Assembly: GCA_964653975.1 (NCBI GenBank)
Contig: CAZZIG010000039.1
Span: 1 to 60,928 of the forward strand
Source: an uncultured Acidimicrobiaceae bacterium
GTDB lineage: Bacteria > Actinomycetota > Acidimicrobiia > Spongiisociales > ZC4RG35
Reading direction: 5' to 3'
Length of the DNA: 60,928 nt
In this document: positions 56,965 to 60,928 of the stretch, in pieces
How positions within the stretch are numbered: the stretch's first letter is position 1
Layout of the letters: every line of letters starts with the position of its first letter
Program-made: the position numbers and the translations under genes
Notes under the pieces: generated by a model
The model's database searches: none
Told to the model about the DNA's origin: nothing
Seen by the model: the letters and a program-made list of their open reading frames with translations, nothing else

Positions 56965-56996
56965 GGGTGGGAGCCCGGGCTACCGGGCCCCCACCC
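56965..56996 (+). terminator. GC hairpin between phnD and phnC
   Basis: GGGTGGGAGCCCGG-GCTA-CCGGGCCCCCACCC; 13 of 14 positions pair. Confidence 0.55.
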
Positions 56997-57005
56997 CCGG
57001 AACGA

Positions 57006-57758
57006 ATGCTCCAAATCGAGAACCTGACCAAGGTCTATGACGATGGGACAGTCGCCCTCAGGAACGTCTCGTTCGAGGTCCCCGAAGGGCAGTTTCTGGC
57101 CGTCATCGGGCTTTCGGGGTCGGGAAAATCGACCCTGTTGCGCTGTATAAACAGGTTGATCGACCCCACCGAGGGCCGCATCCTGTGGAAGGGCGAGGAC
57201 ATAACCGCGGCCAACCACGAGGACCTCCGCAACATCCGGCGCCGCATCGGGATGGTGTTCCAGCATTTCAACCTGGTTCATCGCTCCAAGGTGATCACCA
57301 ACGTACTGGCGGGGCGTCTCGGCTACACCAGCCCAGCGCTCTCCGTGGTCAACCGGTTCTCGAAGCGAGATCGGGAACAGGCAGTGGCGGCCCTGGAACG
57401 GGTCGGTCTCGAGGAGAAGGCCAACAACCGCTCCGAGGAGCTCAGCGGCGGCCAACAGCAGCGAGTGGGCATCGCACGGGCCCTGATGCAAAACCCGGAG
57501 ATGATCCTCGCCGACGAGCCAGTGGCCAGCCTCGACCCGGTGCTGGCCCATTCGATCATGCAATATCTGGAGGTGATCAACCGTGACGACGGCGTCACCG
57601 TGTTGTGCAGCCTCCACTTCCTCGACCTGGTCCACCGTTATGGGCAGCGGGTCATCGCCCTGAACGAGGGACGCAAGGTCTTCGAAGGGCTCCCCTCAGA
57701 GATCGACGACGACATGTTCAAAGAGATCTACGGGAGGGAGGCGGAGCGGGTTGGCTGA
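57006..57758 (+). CDS. phnC: Phosphonate-type ABC ATPase
   Basis: [52 protein letters not shown]. Confidence 0.93.
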   Translation: MLQIENLTKVYDDGTVALRNVSFEVPEGQFLAVIGLSGSGKSTLLRCINRLIDPTEGRILWKGEDITAANHEDLRNIRRRIGMVFQHFNLVHRSKVITNVLAGRLGYTSPALSVVNRFSKRDREQAVAALERVGLEEKANNRSEELSGGQQQRVGIARALMQNPEMILADEPVASLDPVLAHSIMQYLEVINRDDGVTVLCSLHFLDLVHRYGQRVIALNEGRKVFEGLPSEIDDDMFKEIYGREAERVG

Positions 57759-59823
57759 TCTCAAGACCTCCCCGGCACGGAGCGAGCGCACCGAGGAGCC
57801 GCAGCCGAAAGAGCGTCCCAAACGTCGTCGTTCCCTGTGGCTCCTGATCGGGATTCTCGCCGGATTCGTCGTCTATGCCTACGGCTTCGAGGTGGTGGAC
57901 GTCAATCTCAACCGCATCGGCGAACCGATCCCCCAGCAGCGTTTCGCCAACGTGGTTCGCGCCCTGGGCTCGCCCGACCTCCTCACCTATGAGTCCGTGG
58001 CAACCGACACAGACCTCGAGTTCGCAATGCCCTGTCCGTCCGGTGGGTTCACTCCGGCGGCGGCTGAGGGAGGATCGACGATATCGGTCGACCCGTCGTG
58101 CGCCGATCCCAGATCGGTGGTCACCGTCACCGGCGAAGGGTTCCGTTCCAACGAGGCGATCAACATCTTCTTCGTCCCGCCCAACGGCCTGGAGCTCAGG
58201 GTGGCACAGGCCCGCACCAGCAGTGAGGGCGATTTCACGGTCCAAGCCCAGCTACCGAACCGGCCCGACGAGACGGTCCAGACGATTCGGGCCAGGAGCC
58301 GTGAGCGGGTGGGAAGCATCTTCAACCCCGCCTACGTCCCACCGGAAACGGTCGACGCCGAAACCGCGGACGTGTTGGCAGCGGTCCGCGACGGTGGGGT
58401 GCTGACAACGGCTGACCTGGCTCGACTTCCCGAAGACAGCGTCCTACAGGACCCTGAGGGACCGGCTGCCGAGATGATCGCCGACGGGGAGGTGACGGTC
58501 CCCGAGTTGCGAGAGGCCGGTCTTCTGGTGCGCTCTCCGCGCTGGTCTCAGAACGCCCAGGCCACTTGGACGGGAATCATCGAGACCATCTTCCTCGCGC
58601 TGCTCGCCACCACGGTCGGAACCCTAATCGCCATGCCTCTGTCGTTTCTCGCGGCGAGGAACCTGATGAGTGACGTGCGAATCCCGGCGCTCAACGTGGG
58701 ACTGGCCATCGTCGCCCTCCCGATAGGAGCGGCCCTGGGTTATACCGCTGCCTCGTCGGCGGCGTCTTTGGTCGATCTCTTGCCAGGGTCCTCATTGCTC
58801 CTCGCCATCGCGGTGATCGCCCTCATCTGGCTGGGGATGAGGTTCTTGCGCCTCGCTGTGCCTCTCCCAGGCATCGAAAGGTCCACATCGGCCAAGGTGG
58901 CGGCCGGTCTCGGCGCCACCGCTGCCTTCCTCCTCGCGGCCCAGGCGATGGTCCGATTCATGGAGATAGCCGGCAACCAGGCGGCTGCGGAGCTCGGGCC
59001 CATGGCCTTTCTGGGCACGTTCGTCGAGCGAATGGGCGAGATCCTCGCCCTTGCCTTCGGCGTTCTGGCTGCGACCGCCGGCGCGGTGACCCTCGCCATC
59101 CTCGCCAGCAAGCTCGCCTACAGCATGGCCAAGAGAATCGGCTCCCGGACCAATCTGGTGCTGACCGTGATCGCATGTGCGTTGGGCGGAGCGGTGATCG
59201 CGGTCGGTATCGGCCAGATGCTCGCCTGGCTATATCAGATCACCGACAACACCGCGACGGTCCTGATACCGGCAGTGATCGGTGCGGTCATCGGTACTGC
59301 GGTCGGCGTTTGGGGGGCGATCAAGGGTCAGCTCGGTTCGGGTCTCGGCATCTACTACATCTTCCGGACCCTGTTCAACACATTGCGGTCGATCGAGGCC
59401 CTGATCCTGGCGCTGGTCTTCGTCATCTGGGTCGGGTTGGGCGCTTTCGCCGGGACGTTGGCCCTGGCCCTGCACACGATCGCGGCCAACGCCAAGCTCT
59501 ACTCCGAGCAGGTCGAGAGCATCAGCTCCGGCCCGTTGGAGGCGGTCCGGGCAACGGGCGCCACCCGCCTCCAGACCGTCGTCTACGCGGTGGTGCCCCA
59601 GATCGTGGCCCCGTTCATCGCCTTCACCATGTATCGGTGGGACATCAACGTGCGTATGTCCACGATCATCGGCTTCGTTGGAGGTGGCGGAATCGGGCTC
59701 ATCCTCCAGCAGAACATCAACCTGTTGGACTATCGGGGAGCCGCGGCCCAGATCCTGGCGATCGCGATCGTGGTGGCGGCAATGGACTATGTCTCCAGCC
59801 GACTCCGCGAACGTTACGTCTGA
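57751..59823 (+). CDS. phnE: Enlarged PhnE-type permease (690 aa) with extracellular Ig-like domain and multi-TM insertion
   Basis: PhnE core halves IETIFLALLATT...FLAARNL and NTLRSIEAL...KLYSEQVE...YRWDINVRMSTIIGFVGGGGIG are separated by a long hydrophobic insert. Confidence 0.85.
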   Translation: MADLKTSPARSERTEEPQPKERPKRRRSLWLLIGILAGFVVYAYGFEVVDVNLNRIGEPIPQQRFANVVRALGSPDLLTYESVATDTDLEFAMPCPSGGFTPAAAEGGSTISVDPSCADPRSVVTVTGEGFRSNEAINIFFVPPNGLELRVAQARTSSEGDFTVQAQLPNRPDETVQTIRARSRERVGSIFNPAYVPPETVDAETADVLAAVRDGGVLTTADLARLPEDSVLQDPEGPAAEMIADGEVTVPELREAGLLVRSPRWSQNAQATWTGIIETIFLALLATTVGTLIAMPLSFLAARNLMSDVRIPALNVGLAIVALPIGAALGYTAASSAASLVDLLPGSSLLLAIAVIALIWLGMRFLRLAVPLPGIERSTSAKVAAGLGATAAFLLAAQAMVRFMEIAGNQAAAELGPMAFLGTFVERMGEILALAFGVLAATAGAVTLAILASKLAYSMAKRIGSRTNLVLTVIACALGGAVIAVGIGQMLAWLYQITDNTATVLIPAVIGAVIGTAVGVWGAIKGQLGSGLGIYYIFRTLFNTLRSIEALILALVFVIWVGLGAFAGTLALALHTIAANAKLYSEQVESISSGPLEAVRATGATRLQTVVYAVVPQIVAPFIAFTMYRWDINVRMSTIIGFVGGGGIGLILQQNINLLDYRGAAAQILAIAIVVAAMDYVSSRLRERYV

Positions 59824-59889
59824 GCGGGTGACACCGCTTTCCTCAGGAAGTGGGACCCGTATCCGGGTCCGTGCGCCTCGAGAAAACCG

Positions 59890-60891
59890 ATGACCGGGAT
59901 GTTGCGCCGGAGTCGGGAGGAACGGGAGCGGCTCGAGCACGAGTTGCTCGCCCCGGTCGCCACCAAGGCGGGCCAGTCCCAGGGGCGTCGCGAGCCCGAG
60001 GAGGACGACGAGTTCCGCACCGCCTTCGAACGAGACCGAGATCGCATCGTCCACTCCAAGGCGTTCCGACGGCTCAAACACAAGACGCAGGTCTTCTTGA
60101 ACCCCGACGGCGACCACTTCGTCACCCGAATGACACACACCATCCACGTGACCCAGGTAGGACGTGCCATAGCCAGCGCACTCGGTCTCAACGAGGACCT
60201 GACCGAAGCGATCTGTCTCGCCCACGACGTGGGCCACTCCCCGTTCGGGCACACCGGCGAGGACGCCATCACCCCACTCATCGGGGAGGAGTGGCTCCAT
60301 TCCGCACACGGGGTGAGGACACTCGAGTTGCTCGAACCGCTGAATCTGACCTTCGAGGTTCTCGACGGTGTCCGGGCGCACTCGTGGAAGATCGATCCCC
60401 CGCCGGAGACACCGGAGGGCTGGCTGTGCCGGTACGCAGACCGCATCGCCTATCTGACCCACGATGTCTCCGATGCCCTGCGGGCCGGCGTCCTCGAATA
60501 TCACGATCTCCCGGTCAAGGCACTCACCACGTTCGGCGCAACCTCGAGAGAGTGGATCGGGTCGATGGTCAACGCCGTCGTGGAGGCCTCCTACGAGGCC
60601 GGGTTGGTGACGATGGAAGAAGAGCACCTCGAGGTCATGGAGAGTCTGCGGGAGTTCATGTTCGAACGTGTCTATCTCCGCCCCGAGTCTGAGGCACAGA
60701 AGGAGAAGGCCGTCCTCGTCATCCAGGACCTGGTCGGCTACTACAGGACCCACCCCCACGAGGTGCCGGACTCGTACACGGTTGCCGACGCCGACGCCCT
60801 CACCCGCGCCGTCGACTACGTGGCGGGGATGACCGACAAGTTCGCCATCCGCCTCCACGACGAGCGGTTCCGGCCCGCGGGCCTGTACTGA
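59890..60891 (+). CDS. dgt: Deoxyguanosinetriphosphate triphosphohydrolase (HD domain)
   Basis: FERDRDRIVHSKAFRRLKHKTQVF, TRMTHT, HDVGHSPFGHTGE, ADRIAY, DYVAGMTD. Confidence 0.95.
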   Translation: MTGMLRRSREERERLEHELLAPVATKAGQSQGRREPEEDDEFRTAFERDRDRIVHSKAFRRLKHKTQVFLNPDGDHFVTRMTHTIHVTQVGRAIASALGLNEDLTEAICLAHDVGHSPFGHTGEDAITPLIGEEWLHSAHGVRTLELLEPLNLTFEVLDGVRAHSWKIDPPPETPEGWLCRYADRIAYLTHDVSDALRAGVLEYHDLPVKALTTFGATSREWIGSMVNAVVEASYEAGLVTMEEEHLEVMESLREFMFERVYLRPESEAQKEKAVLVIQDLVGYYRTHPHEVPDSYTVADADALTRAVDYVAGMTDKFAIRLHDERFRPAGLY

Positions 60892-60928
60892 CGCCGCGAC
60901 GGGCTGGCCCGCGACGACACGAACGGAA

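Overview
High-GC actinobacterial window; gene style suggests Acidimicrobiia (inference, no rRNA marker present). Left to right: a NEW3-protein/ABC exporter operon, a CsoR-CopB-DUF305 copper cluster and a sugar-type ABC importer. Next comes the main finding, a six-gene operon (10914-18530) for a Tat-exported molybdoenzyme of the anammox/Nitrospira NXR type (alpha, 83-aa small protein, beta, TorD-like chaperone, membrane-anchored heme-b gamma subunit, unknown polytopic membrane protein). Its residues next to the Mo ligand differ from the NXR sequences I recall, and it is preceded by a DosR/OsdR-like box and a perfect 20-bp palindrome. It is followed by an orphan acr3, a decayed GNAT gene, a Trk K+ operon with three unexplained accessory genes divergent from kdpDE (no kdpABC), and a PadR/FtsX-ABC module. 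A 1.9-kb integrase-less islet sits at tRNA-Pro(CGG) and carries an ECF sigma factor pair. The rest is mostly housekeeping (asd, ask, murJ, mce, thiolase, glpX, recR, ybaB, dnaX), a Na/Pi-PhoU pair, a Phn-type ABC importer with an unusually large permease, and dgt. All family calls come from motif recognition; no database searches were run.
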